The notes: generated from the sequence alone by a model not told the origin. A stretch of 63,992 nt of DNA, filler included, from Basidiobolus ranarum (GCA_040143965.1; 4 parts of 4 records of this genome joined end to end with filler, not necessarily neighbours in it), one strand, 5' to 3'; positions 12,793 through 25,508 are shown, counted from the whole stretch's first letter. Program-made: numbers and translations.

Positions 12793-14466
12793 ATGATGGT
12801 CAAGGTACTTCCAAGTGCTCTCGTATGGTTCGCCATGGTCAGTTACAGCTTGGCCGCGGAGGAGAATGACGGACCCATGACTAATCCTACTCCCACAACT
12901 CCTCTTGTGGATTTGGAGGGAGTGAATGAGGATAGTTACAAGGCCCCAAAAAATGCTGGATCTGGAATGTATGGTCAGTCCAACAGTAAAAAGGGGTCTG
13001 ATGGGCACGATCATGGATATGGCCATGGTCATGGTCATGATAACTCCTATGGAGAGAGCTCATGGAAGTATGTTACCAGAACGCTTCCTGGAACATATCG
13101 GCAGACCGAAATTCCATCAAAGCCGATCTACGTAAAGCAAAAGGTTATTGTACGAGAGGCTAGTTACAAAGAGGTGACCCATACTATGCCCGACTCTTAT
13201 AAAGCAACGGTGGTTAACCTTCCGCCAGTTGTCAAAACCAAGAAGATTGTAACTAGACCTGCTGGCTTCAAATATATAGAGAAGACTGAGCCGGGCTCTT
13301 ACGGCTACAAACCCTACAGGTTGCCAAATGGGTACAAAACTATAAAGTCGCTTACCAAGCCAAGTGGTTTTGCAACTGCCACCTTTAATCTTCCTGGTAC
13401 TGTTGTCACTCAAACTATTACTGGGCCTGAAACAACTGAAACTGTCAAAGTGGTAGATAAGCCTGGTGGTTATGGATATAAAACGGTCAATCTCCCAGAT
13501 CGTTATGAATATAAGAAGTTCACCACCCCCAAGACATACAAAAAACAAAAGTATGTTACAAGGCCCGCAAGCTACAAAGAAATAGAGAAGACTGAACCCG
13601 ACACCTTCACCTATAAACTTGCACCAGGTAAGAAGCAAGTCAAACTAATCAAGACAATTACGAAGCCAGGTGGTTACAAATATGTAACAGAGACTAGGCC
13701 CTCCACATATAAATATGAGAAAGTCAAGCTCCCTTCAAAGTTCAAGAAAGTCAAAGTAGTAACCAAGCCAGGAAGATATGTTGAGGTCAAGAAGACTGTC
13801 CCTTGTACCGATTGTACGAGAACAGTCACTTTGCCAGATACATATAAGACTATCAAGGTGATAACCCGACCAGCTGGATTCAAATACGTCAAAAGGACTC
13901 TTCCAGACACGTATGAGAAAAAAAGCTATACCACCGAGGATCGCTACGAGAAGAAAAAAGTACTAGTCAATGATGGTGGTTATAAGTACATCAAACAACA
14001 GGGACCGGTCACATATGTGAAGAAGAAGTACAAGCTACCTTTCAAGTATGAGAAATATATCGTCAAGGCTAAGAGTTACAAATATGAAACTGTAGTTAGT
14101 CCTGATCGTTACGACTATAAGACTGTGACACTCCCAGATAAGTATGAGAAGAAGAAGGTTGTAGTCAAGCCTGGTGGTTTCTCATACAAAAAGCAGACAT
14201 TACCTGACAGGTATATCACAAAGCCAATCAGGCTACCTGATACATACAAAACTGAGAAAGTGATTAAAAAGCCCGGAGGTTTCAAATATGTAAAGAAGGT
14301 CCTCCCAGGAACATACAAATACGTTAAGATTGCAGTTCCCAGTAAACCATATGGGTATGGACAGCCAAAGCCCAAGCCCGTATATGGACAGCCCAAGCCT
14401 AAGCCTGCATATGGACAGCCCAAGCCTGAACCTAGATATGGAGAATCCAAACCTGACACATACTAG
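12793..14466 (+). CDS. Secreted Lys/Tyr/Thr/Val/Pro-rich repeat protein (34-aa repeats, YGQPKPKP tail)
   Basis: Intronless 557-aa ORF. Hydrophobic signal peptide (..SYSLA|AEE), a His/Gly patch, ~12-13 degenerate 34-aa repeats and a 4-unit C-terminal repeat. Confidence 0.9.
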   Translation: MMVKVLPSALVWFAMVSYSLAAEENDGPMTNPTPTTPLVDLEGVNEDSYKAPKNAGSGMYGQSNSKKGSDGHDHGYGHGHGHDNSYGESSWKYVTRTLPGTYRQTEIPSKPIYVKQKVIVREASYKEVTHTMPDSYKATVVNLPPVVKTKKIVTRPAGFKYIEKTEPGSYGYKPYRLPNGYKTIKSLTKPSGFATATFNLPGTVVTQTITGPETTETVKVVDKPGGYGYKTVNLPDRYEYKKFTTPKTYKKQKYVTRPASYKEIEKTEPDTFTYKLAPGKKQVKLIKTITKPGGYKYVTETRPSTYKYEKVKLPSKFKKVKVVTKPGRYVEVKKTVPCTDCTRTVTLPDTYKTIKVITRPAGFKYVKRTLPDTYEKKSYTTEDRYEKKKVLVNDGGYKYIKQQGPVTYVKKKYKLPFKYEKYIVKAKSYKYETVVSPDRYDYKTVTLPDKYEKKKVVVKPGGFSYKKQTLPDRYITKPIRLPDTYKTEKVIKKPGGFKYVKKVLPGTYKYVKIAVPSKPYGYGQPKPKPVYGQPKPKPAYGQPKPEPRYGESKPDTY

Positions 14467-15200
14467 GTAGAGAAATTGGATCACAATCAATTTTCAAATT
14501 TTTGAGAATACAAAAATTAAGTAAATGTCTCATTGCTTTGTCATTAAGTTTTGTTCCTTGTGAATTGATATTGTGGCCCTTGAGTCAGAGACAATCGTGT
14601 TAAGAATAAACAATTCACACACAAATTTCGTTCTGCTGAGTGCTACGGCTTGCTGTTTGAGAACGTTTATACGAGAGCTATTCTCGGTGTAGAACAGCTG
14701 ACTTTGATGCCTAACTAGGATTATTGAAAATTCGGGCAACTCTTTCGGCAAATATCTTCAAGCCCTGGAGTCAAAATGATTTCCCTGTCTTTCGGTTATT
14801 ATTATGAAATATTTCCGATAAAATCCATATCGTCAACCGCCATGGCCTGATTTGGGGGTTTGACAAGTCGTATTTCGTGGTAGTTATTTGACCATACATC
14901 ACCAGAGTTGATCCGATCATAGATCTTATCGGACTCGATTTGAAAAGAAAATCTACTCCGAAAAGTTTGTTTACCTGGTTAGTAGACCATTCCGTAGCTA
15001 AAAGGATTTACGATTGTGATTCTAAAGTGTTCTGGATTGACTTTCTAGAATATAATCACCATTACAATCCATTCGGTAGTAAATTTTTAAAAATTTGAAG
15101 CGATTGGATAAGTCCTAATTCTCCCGGTTAACTTTTTTACAAGCGTAGCTTTTTAACCTTCTAAGCAGTGATTGACTGTTTGTGCATATCAACCTCATCA

Positions 15201-16525
15201 ATGTTGCCCAATACCAATTGCCTTAGCGGAGTCCATTCGTTGCTCGATAATGACTTGTACAAGTTCACTATGCAGCAAGCTATATGGCTTTTGTATCCAA
15301 ACGAGAAAGTTACGTTTCAATTCCATAATAGAACCACCGAATGCAAGTTAACTACCGAAGGCTTTCAGTGGTTAGAGGACCAGATTCAGGGTATTGTATA
15401 CATTTTTAACCACATCTACCCTCTTCTCAATCATTATATTAATTACATTCTTCAGCATTGGCCCACTTACGACTATCCTCTGAAGAGCGTGTTTGGCTGG
15501 AAAAAAGCTGTCCTTTTTTTAAGACACAATATCTAGATTATTTAGAAAAGTTCACTTTTAACCCCAAGAAGCATGTATCAATCAAGTTCGACTCTGATAG
15601 CAAGGATCTTTTCATTTCCATCGAAGGAATTTGGCACGAAGTCACTTTATACGAGATTCCCCTGTTGTTTTTGGTCAGCGAAGCCTATTTCAAATTTTCT
15701 GACACTGAATGGACTTACGACGGCCAGTATGAGAAAGCACTCGAAAAGGCCCGAGTATTATTGGAGAATGGGTGCAAATTTATGGAGTTCGGTACCCGTC
15801 GTCGTCGAGATTATCACACCCAAGAAATAATCATGTCAGCTCTCGCTCAAGCTGCTAAAGAATATCAAGAAGCCGCTCAAGACGATGAAAAGAGCATCCA
15901 GGAACGTGGTACCCTTATCGGAACGAGCAATGTTCATTTAGGTCGCCTTTTTAATCTCAAACCTGTAGGAACCATGGCTCACGAATTTGTCATGGGAATC
16001 TCTGGTGCTGAGGAAACCACAAAGGATGCCAATCGGTTAACTTTGGAGAAGTGGCAGCAAGTCTATGGCAGCAGCCTCGGTATTGCTTTGTGTGATACCT
16101 TTACTACCGAGGCCTTTCTTAGAGAGTTTTCATTTGATCTTGCCAGCTCTCTGACGGGCGTACGCCAAGACTCTGGATCTCCTTTTGAGTTTGTAGATAA
16201 AATCATTGGGCACTACAAATCACTGGGGATTAATCCTGCTAGTAAGGTCATTGTATTTTCTGATGGGCTAGATCCTGAGAGATGCATTCAACTCCAAAAG
16301 TATGCCACTGAAAAAGGTATTCAATGTACCTTTGGTATTGGTACGAATTTAACAAATGACTTTACCAATTCTCTGAATGGAGCCAGGAGTCCTGCCATGA
16401 ACATTGTCATCAAACTGAGGGAGATTACTGGTAAACAAGTAGTTAAACTTAGTGATGAACAGACTAAACACACGGGATCCATAGAGGAAATCAAGGCTGT
16501 TAAAGAAACACTGGGTATTGCCTAA
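15201..16525 (+). CDS. NPT1: Nicotinate phosphoribosyltransferase (2 exons)
   Basis: SLLDNDLYKFTMQQ, EFGTRRR, GTSNV, GTMAHE, GVRQDSG, VFSDGL, FGIGT; intron 15391-15455. Confidence 0.96.
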
Positions 16526-16843
16526 GATTTCTCTACTATATCCATGCTGGATGAATGATTCTGCGTACATTCCAACACATTTCTAATTTTAAATGCACTT
16601 TTTCTTTTACGCCAGTCTCCATTGCGTTCTCCATCATCTTTTACAATGATCTTTTGGCTCTACATTTGTATTTCACGAATAAATAGATTGTAATTTCCTA
16701 GTTTATTAAGACGCCCAAGTCATATAATATAATCACATTTAGTACTTCAGTGTCGAAATCAGTACCACACGTTAGTGAGGATGATCGTCAATTGTAACTA
16801 GCAATCTTCAAGAGTCTCAGGTGTAGTGTAGCTTTATTAATGA

Positions 16844-16943
16844 NNNNNNNNNNNNNNNNNNNNNNNNNNNNNNNNNNNNNNNNNNNNTTAATTAATTAAN
16901 NNNNNNNNNNNNNNNNNNNNNNNNNNNNNNNNNNNNNNNNNNN
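16844..16943. other. Artificial contig spacer
   Basis: 100 nt of N around TTAATTAATTAA (stops in all six frames). Confidence 0.97.
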
Positions 16944-17850
16944 GATAATAGAGTTTTAAAGAATATCTGGCAGATAATTAGTGATTGCACAAATTGGGAT
17001 ATGGTGACTTTCAAACCGAGGACCCTCATCAGATTTATTGGAATTGGTGGATTTAATGAGTACTACAATGTATTACCACTGTCATTACCGCTACTACTAG
17101 CAATATTACTGAATTATAAAATTAATTACAATATTCAAGCGCACCATGAAAGGTAGAAGATTCGTAAGAACGACACAAATCAAGAGCAACAAACCAGGAG
17201 ACTCTAGACTGGATGCCTTGAACACTACGCGGAGATGTATCCCAGCGATGTTGCTATGACACACCGGGATGATTGAAACAATCCCAGCGGGTGAGGAGAC
17301 AATCAACTCAAAGACTACTAATATGGATGGAATATTACACTAATCCAATTACCTTTCCAAATATAGAAGCGGTTAGTCTGGGCACCAAAGCCTAATTACA
17401 TTTTCTTTATTCTCTTTCCGTTTTGCCCTTTGCCCAGATGATTGTCTAGCGCTCTGTTGATTCATTAGATCTGGCTAGCTGGAGGGATCATCGCTTCGAA
17501 CCCAATGGTCAAGTGGCGTTCTACACTTGCTAAAATTGACTAGGGCCAAAGCTTTTACAGTTACGCTCCTTTTAGCCTACATCTGAAATGATCGCTCTAA
17601 GATATATGGGGATGGTTGGCTCTGTCCAGCCGAAGGCACTGATGGTACCATAGAAGCGGAGGTCTTCACTAATACAAGTGCACATAAGTTTAAACAAAAC
17701 CCTTCATATAGGTGGTGATGTCACACATTTTACTGGAAAATACTGGTTGATATAAATTGAATGGAAGTAATATATATTGACAAGATTGATTTATAAATTA
17801 ATAATGATGTAAACGTGTCCGAGTCCAAAAAGAATAAAATTATGACAAAG

Positions 17851-18556
17851 TTACGCCAAATATGGTACATCCGAATTTTTAGGAGTTGGAGTGGGGAGAG
17901 GCTCGGGTGCGGGGGAGGTGGTGGTTCCCGTAGGCTGAGGGTGGTCTTCAACAACAACATCTGCAAGTGGAAGGTTATCAACATATGGAGCAGGTATGGG
18001 CTCGTCGTTCAATATGTGCTTAGCAATATCCATATAGGATGGACCAGTGTTTGCCCATTGTTTCTCCAGAGTGTCTGCCATCGCACCCAAGGTAACTCGG
18101 TTCGGGGTCACAACTCTGTGATAGGGATCTAAATCGTCATCAATCTTACGGTTTCTTGCACGGATCTCCACACGAACTTTTTCAGTATTCTTATCTGGCC
18201 AACCTAAATAACTCCAAAACGAATCTGTCCAAGTGGCATTTTCATTATACTGCCAGAAAGTGTCGAAAACCAGGTCATGCTGTAATTCATGTTTATAGCC
18301 CAAGTTAACCTCGACAATAATATCGCTGAAGTTACGCATCCATTCAAGGATAGCATCTCTTGTACCAACGAAGCAAAAGCGATTACTTTGTCCAAGGCTT
18401 AAGCCGATTTTCCCTTTGAGATGGGGTGGAGTGACAAGCCTGGTTTCTGCTGAGTTCTCACCTAACGCATAGTAAATAAGGGATTAGTCTCGCATGTCAG
18501 CATAGTGTATCTCATAGAGAGGATACCTTACCAATTAAATAACCGTACTGTAGCAT
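17851..18556 (-). CDS. Hypothetical protein (2 exons, ~212 aa) with Pro/Thr-rich tail
   Basis: Exon 1 MLQYGYLI, a GTAAGG...CTAAT...TTAG intron, then an in-frame continuation GENSAETRL...EWMRNF into ORF 17851..18339. Confidence 0.75.
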
Positions 18557-18759
18557 TCTGTTGTATGATAGAGTATTGAATAGATTTATTCAAGAACCCC
18601 CTTTTTATAGGGAACTTGTGTTGGTTGACAGAGTGGTAATTTGAATCAGATGAGTGACTGTACTCAGTTTGGTGTCAATATGGAACATTTCGCACTCTCA
18701 TAAAATCGCAGTTTAATGAATTTTATTTGCACATGTAATGCAGTTATTTTTCCAGGCCA

Positions 18760-20238
18760 TTAAAGCTTGCTACTTGATTGGTCAATGATAGCTAGTACTA
18801 AGTTTGAGAGAGGACGGAACAATTTTGCATAGTGTTCAGCTTTCGCAGAGCTAGCCTGATTCTTGGCTGATCGGGCAGCGATTCCCTGGGTGATTACTGC
18901 CAGCTAGATAGATGGGTTAGTTAAATGGTACGATGATCCATGCGTTACTGTTTACATACCCTAAAGAAGGAGAAGGCAACAAAGAAGTCCCAATTCTTGA
19001 TGGGATATTCTCTATTTGCTATCTCACAGTAGAGTTTCATAAGCTCTTGTTTAGTTGGAAGCTCCAGGTTACTTATGGTTTCATCATCGAGGCGTTGTAG
19101 GGAGGGAACCGATTGTGGCAGAATGAGATAAGGCTGGAGGAGGTTTGTGAGATCTGATAAAGGATGACCTACGGTAGACAACTCCCAATCTAAGATCCCT
19201 ATAACCCTGGGCTCAGTTGGGTGAAAGACTAAGTTGTCGATCTATCAAGCCTATTAGTCAATCGATAGGGTACTAGCAAAAGACTTGTATGGATCTCATA
19301 CCTTGTAATCACCATGGATTAAAGAGGTGGTATCATCGCTCAGATGCTTGCTAAACCATGTGAGGATTTTCTTGAATCCAGGAAGTTCACCAACAGCTAC
19401 TCCTTGCTCATTAGTTACTTTAGATTGGATTTGGGAGATTTTCCCTAGAGATTTGATTTGTCTTGCATAAAAACCAGAGTCTTTGCCATAATCTCCAAGG
19501 CCAATCTTTTTAAAGTCAGTCGAATGAAGTTTCGCCAGAGTAGAAACTGCAGAATTCCAACTGATATGGAGTATGTTAGTTTCGCTGGTTTTGGCAGTGA
19601 GTCTTTGGAATGAGTTAATTTTGTTACCATTCTCTACGCTCTTTAGGAGGTAGGTCTTTGAAATCAACCTCAGTGTAGATACGACCGTTCACAAACTCCA
19701 TGACCTACAAGTAATCGGTTAGTCTGGTTGGACAAAGCTTTATGAAACAAAACTGACCAAGAATACTAACGTAGAAAGGAGTACCGATAATATCACTATC
19801 CTCACAGAGACAATAAACTTTTGGTACTGGAAGATCAGTATTCTTGCTCAAAGCCGATAAAATTTTGTATTCTCTCTCTACCGCATGAGCAGTGCGAGAG
19901 AGAATTTGACCAGGTGGCTTTTTACGTACAACGTATTTTGTATTGCTAATAAATAGGTTTGAAGTAAATATAATTTTCAAATAGGTCAGAGAGAGTAATC
20001 CTTCCAAAAAAGATCACTTACTTGGCATCGATTAACAAATAGGTTGGATTGCTTTGACCAAAAGCAAACTGTTGTAATTCAAATGGGGCTTTAAACTCAG
20101 AAACATGCTGAACCAAGTATGCTTCTAGTTTTGCAGAATCAATCTCATGTCTAAGAAAATAAGTTATGACTTGTGTAGCTTCGCCAAAAAGAGACAAACC
20201 TCTTACCTGATTGCAGTTGTTGCTTGACCAGCGGTCAT
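18760..20238 (-). CDS. APH/ChoK-like phosphotransferase (ACAD10/11 N-terminal domain-like), peroxisomal
   Basis: [65 protein letters not shown]; ends in SKL* (PTS1); multi-exon. Confidence 0.9.
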
Positions 20239-20630
20239 GGTGTTGTTTTTCTTGGAGATAAGGTTAAAGACAGATGAGGATATCTCTTAGTTTTTCTCAA
20301 TGCTAATAACAAGTAGCAGCAAGTAGATGGAATTTATTTAATACGTGGGCTTGGTTGCAACCTGCTACGAATGGGAAACCAGTCACTCACATACATGTAT
20401 TTTTACGGAATACTCTCCCGTTGCAGTGAATATTAGAATTTCATTGGCAAGATCACATCGACCACTGGATTCACCTTTGTCATCTCAAATACACAAATAT
20501 CCGAGATTCAGAAATCTAAGGAAAATGCATGTGTTCACTATTACTAACATGAATAGCGCGTGATATTTCATTCATTCGAGACAAAATAATCAAGTTGAGG
20601 AGAATATGGCTTTTATTATGCATTGAATAT

Positions 20631-21855
20631 TCATTGATGAAGAGAATGGTGTTCGACAACAACTCGTTTGGAGGGCAAACCACGTCCTAGGGATTAAGGT
20701 AATTGAGTATACGAAACAATTGTTCAATCTGAAGGTAGTATGCTTTACCTGGAACATCGACATACAGATATCTGTACTCCCATTTACCTTTTCCAGTCTA
20801 GCAAAAGAGTGTGGAAAGTTATGGATTTGTACTCCAAGCGATATATACAAGAATATTACTTTACCTTAGTCATATCTACGTGCGCTTCGCCAGTGTTGTC
20901 AGGCCCCTCGACAAAGAATCGCATAAGCATATGTGTTGTGCCTGCAGCATCATCAACTACTTGAGAGCTGTCATGGTAGAATATTTGGATTAGTTTAGGA
21001 TAATAAGTGACGAATATGGGGCACCTTACGCAATTCTTCTATTTCGACGCCTTTGACTCGAGGAGGGCTCACCATACCCCTTAATGGGACTGCCAAGTAC
21101 TGCTTGTAGCTTCAAAATATTAGGGAAATCCATTAGCAAAGATAGTCAGGAAAATAGTTTTTTGCAGGGAAATTGACATACTTCATCGTTAACTCGGATT
21201 TTTTCGAGGGCGTCTCCAAAAACATGAGTAGAGCTTTCAGAACCAAAGAGTTCCGAAGAAAGGTAATAAACAATGGTCCCTATTTCGCCATTTGGTTAGA
21301 TATGTGCTATGTATATAACGTCATGTTGGACTGAAATCAAAATTGATCGCTACCTAGGATGCCAACACCTAGAGCAATAACTCCAAGGTTGGTAGTGGTT
21401 TTACCAGCCGCAACAACTATTAAGATATGAAAGGTTAGTACATAAAATACAATAATAAGATGGTTTTTACTTTCAATACCTTTTTCACCAGTGGTAAGTT
21501 CGCTCCATTCCTTCTTCCCGCTCCCTTCAACCAATGACCTGTTACTAGCAAATCTCTTTATCTGGTGGCCTGTAAAGACTCTTCTCTCAATAGTTGTAGC
21601 ATTGTTTAGGCCAAGGGAGTTTACACTTAAAAGTCTTGTGTATTCAAGATTTAATGGAAGAAATATTATGAGAAAGTATATTTGCATTTACCTTTTTCTA
21701 ATAAGAGAGTTGGAGATCAGAAGCCTTTGAGGAGACTGAAATCTATATTTCAAGCGATTGTAAGCATATTATATTTTTAGACCTTGTCGGGAAATCACTT
21801 CATTTACTAACCTAGCTAAAGAACTGGTGGTTTGTCTGACTGTCGAGGTGAGCAT
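20631..21855 (-). CDS. TIM21: Mitochondrial import inner membrane translocase subunit Tim21 (multi-exon)
   Basis: Basic presequence, WSELTTGEK, one TM segment, ELFGSESS..VFGDALEKI, LGSPIKGYGE, HMLMRFFVEGP, YLYVDVP; GT-AG introns. Confidence 0.88.
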
Positions 21856-22259
21856 ATTTTCACACAATATTCTCAATTGAGTTCCTTCAACATACACAGC
21901 GCCTTAAACTACTGATTTTATGGATCAAATGACGCCACCAAATATTTTATATTTGGGGGAAAATTGAATCTAGTATGAAATTGAACAGTTATGGCTGTCA
22001 GGTTAAGTTTGTGCTAAACTGTTTAAACATGCTTGAGAGTTGAGTTTTCCAAAACTTCAGGCTTCATTGATTGGATGAAATTAAGCTAATGGAAGTTTCT
22101 GATTAGACCAAGGGTATAGTGCAGTATACTGATCATTATGATATAGTTGCAAGAACTATAGTGTAGAGAAGCTGCCAGAAATAATAAGGTGCCGTTGGGA
22201 GAAACCTGTAGCTCCCTTTTATTTGATCACAACAGGACTTGGCTCACAATTCCCTATCA

Positions 22260-23322
22260 ATGAGTTCAACAGCAAGTGATCCGACGCTAGAGCAATCAGT
22301 ACAGACAATCTTTCGAGAATTTGGCTTTGAGAAACTGGCCTTTCATTGGCAAGTAGTTTTGTTATCAGCAGCCGCATGTCAAGGAACCTTTTATTTATCT
22401 CGCGCTTTATCACCGTTATTGTTTCGTAAGACCTATCGAGGTCTGAATAACAAAGAGCAAATATCGTGGGATGCTCATGTTGTTTCCTTTGTACACTGCA
22501 TTCTTATCGTAACTCTTGCATTACCTATTCGTCTCGAACCCCGCCTTCTCAACGATAGGGTTTTCGGTTATGATTCACATGCTGGGGATGTTTATGCAAT
22601 TGCATGCGGGTTTGTTTTATCTATTAGTGGAATTTATTGTTTTCTAAAACTAACTTGAGATGAAGTTATTTTTTGTGGGATACAGCATTCCATGGTAAAT
22701 ATTTGAAAGAGTATGGTCTAGGGCCCTTGATTCATGCAAGCTCCTGCTTTATACTGGGACTATTTTCATATGTAAGTGAATTTCGAATCCTTCCGATTGT
22801 TTACAGAGCTCAGTATTAAATGGATTTTATAACAGAGACCATTCATTATGTATTATGGCTGTATATTCTTGATGTTTGAACTTAGTACGCCGTTTCTTAA
22901 TGTTCAATGGTTTATGGTAAGAGGAAATATGAAAAAGTAGCTTCGTGTCAGGAGCTATAGAGACTAATTCATATTCATTACAGGATAAACTTGGATTCGA
23001 AGGAAGCCTTGGACAGAAGGTCAATAGTGTAATCTTACTGGCCACTTTCTTTATTGTACGGATTATTTATGGCTTCTGGTCTCTATATTATTTAATCGGT
23101 ATACTATTTCCTTCTCTTGACATCTTCCGTTCTTCAGCTTCATTAACATGTTGATTAGTTGATATCTTACCCGTAGCACACTCCATTCCGTTACATCTAT
23201 TGACTCTATTCGGTGCAGCTCTGGGATGTCTGCACTTACTGAATGTGATATGGTTGTGTAAAATATTCTTACGGGTCAAAAAGATTCACAGTGAACCGGT
23301 GCCGAAAACAAAGACTAAGTGA
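22260..23322 (+). CDS. TLC-domain membrane protein (TMEM56/Tda4-like)
   Basis: WDAHVVSFVH, DRVFGY, ACGYFLWD, RPFIMYYG..FLMFELSTPFLN..WFMDK; C-terminal KTKTK ER-retrieval signal; 4 introns. Confidence 0.88.
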
Positions 23323-23953
23323 GCATAAAGATAGTCACCATTTGTACAGTACACTTTAGAATCAACGCAGCCAATCCTCTATATAAGAATAATATACATC
23401 GACCTGATGCCTTACTATATTTCGTCAATGAGCCTGTGGCATATACCAGGTATCATATTAAGCAAGTGATTTAAATAAACTGATGCAGGCCTATACTGGT
23501 CTCGGCTTCAGAAATCGGATTGATGATCCACAGCCGCCTAATTATATACACTTAATAATTATCGGCCCATTCCCATATGATTTGATCGATTAATCAATGT
23601 CACAGAGCTCCATCATCTAACAGGAATTGGATGAATCTGTGAATCCACGCAGAAGTAATCCTCACTAATCAGGAAAAAGGCTGCGCGTGGTTGACATGGA
23701 AAGAAAGATTCTTCCAAACAGCGAAAGAAACTAAAAATCGGCTCGGGGTTGTACATTTTGCCAGGTTTCGAATGGTCTCAAAGCAAAGAATACCAAACCA
23801 TATTAACTGGTCCAATGGGATAAATTATACATGCTTGATAGGCGTGATCTCAACATTTCTTTCGACCATACGAACCAGGTTTAAGGAGCCTCCTAAACCT
23901 TGTGCATGGCAATTTCATATAAAACCTTGCAATCTGCTTGTCTATCCCGGAAG

Positions 23954-25354
23954 ATGCCCGTCTCAACCATCAGCTCACCATCATACCCATTCCCCCAGGA
24001 GATCACTCAACGTATCATCCGGTGGTGTAGAGGTGATCCATGCGTATTAGCTGCCTGTTCTCAAGTAAATTTCCTGTGGTGTCAAAATGCATTACCACGG
24101 CTCTACTACGATCCTTGGTCTCAAGTGAAAACATTCACAAAAGCGGAGGAGAGACTGTTGCGCGCACGAATGCTTGTAGAAACATTGCTCTTGAGTCTTG
24201 TTAGTCACAACACGAGCGCCAAGCGAAAGATACTTTCTCAAGTATTCTCCAAATTTGTGAACCAGTTCGAGAGTAACTCACACTCACGAAAATTTCGACG
24301 ACCTCTAGCGATTGAGTACTTTTATTTGGTGCGAGAGTTTGATCTATCAATGATAGAAAAGGCATTGCATCTTGTAGATAGCAACATTCTCAAAGCTGCT
24401 AGTTCAACCTCTTTGAAGACTACAGAACTTAGCTTGCGTTGGTATCTAAATACCTTCAAGAAAAGATGTGAACCTGTTGAGAAGGTTGTTATTACGGAGT
24501 TACCTTTTTTTTGCTTTGAAGAGATTATTCCTTCTCTACAGAATTTTCCGCACCTGAGTCGTCTAGAACTATCTTCGCGCAACTCTTCACACCCCATCAA
24601 CGGCAGTCATCTGGCTTTGATTGCATTGGCTTGCCATCAACTTCAAGAGATCAAAATAGTGAATCCAGCTCGGCTCTCTTCCTGGTTGCGTACGATAACC
24701 GACGAAGATCTAAGCCTTGTCATTAATAGCCAAAGCAAAAATACCCTTCGTAAAATCCATCTTGAAGGACTAGTCATGGTTCCACTTAAGGCCACTTTGA
24801 ATTCATTGAGGCTCCAACACCCGGACTCTTTTCGCTCTCTTACGTTGAAGCAATGCAAGATTTCAGATCGAGGTGATTTTTCCATTCTAGGAGATTTCCC
24901 GAAGTTCGTTCAATTGGAATTCATAAATTGTGACAACTTAACGGATCAAGCACTTTTGGGGGCAGCTGCACGTTGCACTCAACTTCATACATTAAACTTG
25001 TCAGGTTGCTCTTCCGTTAGCTTCAGTACAATCGCCAAATTTATAGAAACTTCGAAATTCTCGTTACGTGACCTGGAATTTAAGGATATCCCGTATAACA
25101 CCGAGGAAGCTAGATCATCGCTAGCTAAATGTAACCACTTGAAAACACTAACATTAGGCGATAACATATCTATTCTGAAAGAGATGCAATCCTTAATATC
25201 AGATCTCTTGAACTCGTGCCCTCTTACGCAATTAGATCTCGGCCATGCAGAGATTGAATTGACCTCAGCCAAACAGTTCTACCATTACCCTAGACTCAAC
25301 ATGGTCAGTTTCAAGACTAACTCCAAGACACGATACACACTGAATTATGTTTAA
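23954..25354 (+). CDS. F-box/leucine-rich-repeat protein
   Basis: N-terminal F-box-like FPQEITQRII...LAACSQVNFLW...LY followed by LRRs (LHTLNLSGCSSV, LEFINCDNLTD). Start could also be at 23906. Confidence 0.82.
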   Translation: MPVSTISSPSYPFPQEITQRIIRWCRGDPCVLAACSQVNFLWCQNALPRLYYDPWSQVKTFTKAEERLLRARMLVETLLLSLVSHNTSAKRKILSQVFSKFVNQFESNSHSRKFRRPLAIEYFYLVREFDLSMIEKALHLVDSNILKAASSTSLKTTELSLRWYLNTFKKRCEPVEKVVITELPFFCFEEIIPSLQNFPHLSRLELSSRNSSHPINGSHLALIALACHQLQEIKIVNPARLSSWLRTITDEDLSLVINSQSKNTLRKIHLEGLVMVPLKATLNSLRLQHPDSFRSLTLKQCKISDRGDFSILGDFPKFVQLEFINCDNLTDQALLGAAARCTQLHTLNLSGCSSVSFSTIAKFIETSKFSLRDLEFKDIPYNTEEARSSLAKCNHLKTLTLGDNISILKEMQSLISDLLNSCPLTQLDLGHAEIELTSAKQFYHYPRLNMVSFKTNSKTRYTLNYV

Positions 25355-25508
25355 CTGGTAATATTCATCCGTGGGTTGCTAAATAACCCCTGTATATATC
25401 CAGAGTGCTCACCCGGGCACTTGATGTACATAATGCTACTGTAAATTAATTTTCATATCCTGATTTATGTATACTCTCATAACATTGAATGAAGCCAAAC
25501 AAATAAAC

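Noticed and set aside
16888-16899. TTAATTAATTAA recurring at ~16.9-kb intervals
   Set aside because: Assembly linker embedded in Ns, not biological.
18760-20238. Aminoglycoside-resistance gene or bacterial HGT reading of the APH-like protein
   Set aside because: It is intron-rich, ends in PTS1 and has ACAD10/11-type motifs, so it is an ordinary eukaryotic metabolic kinase.
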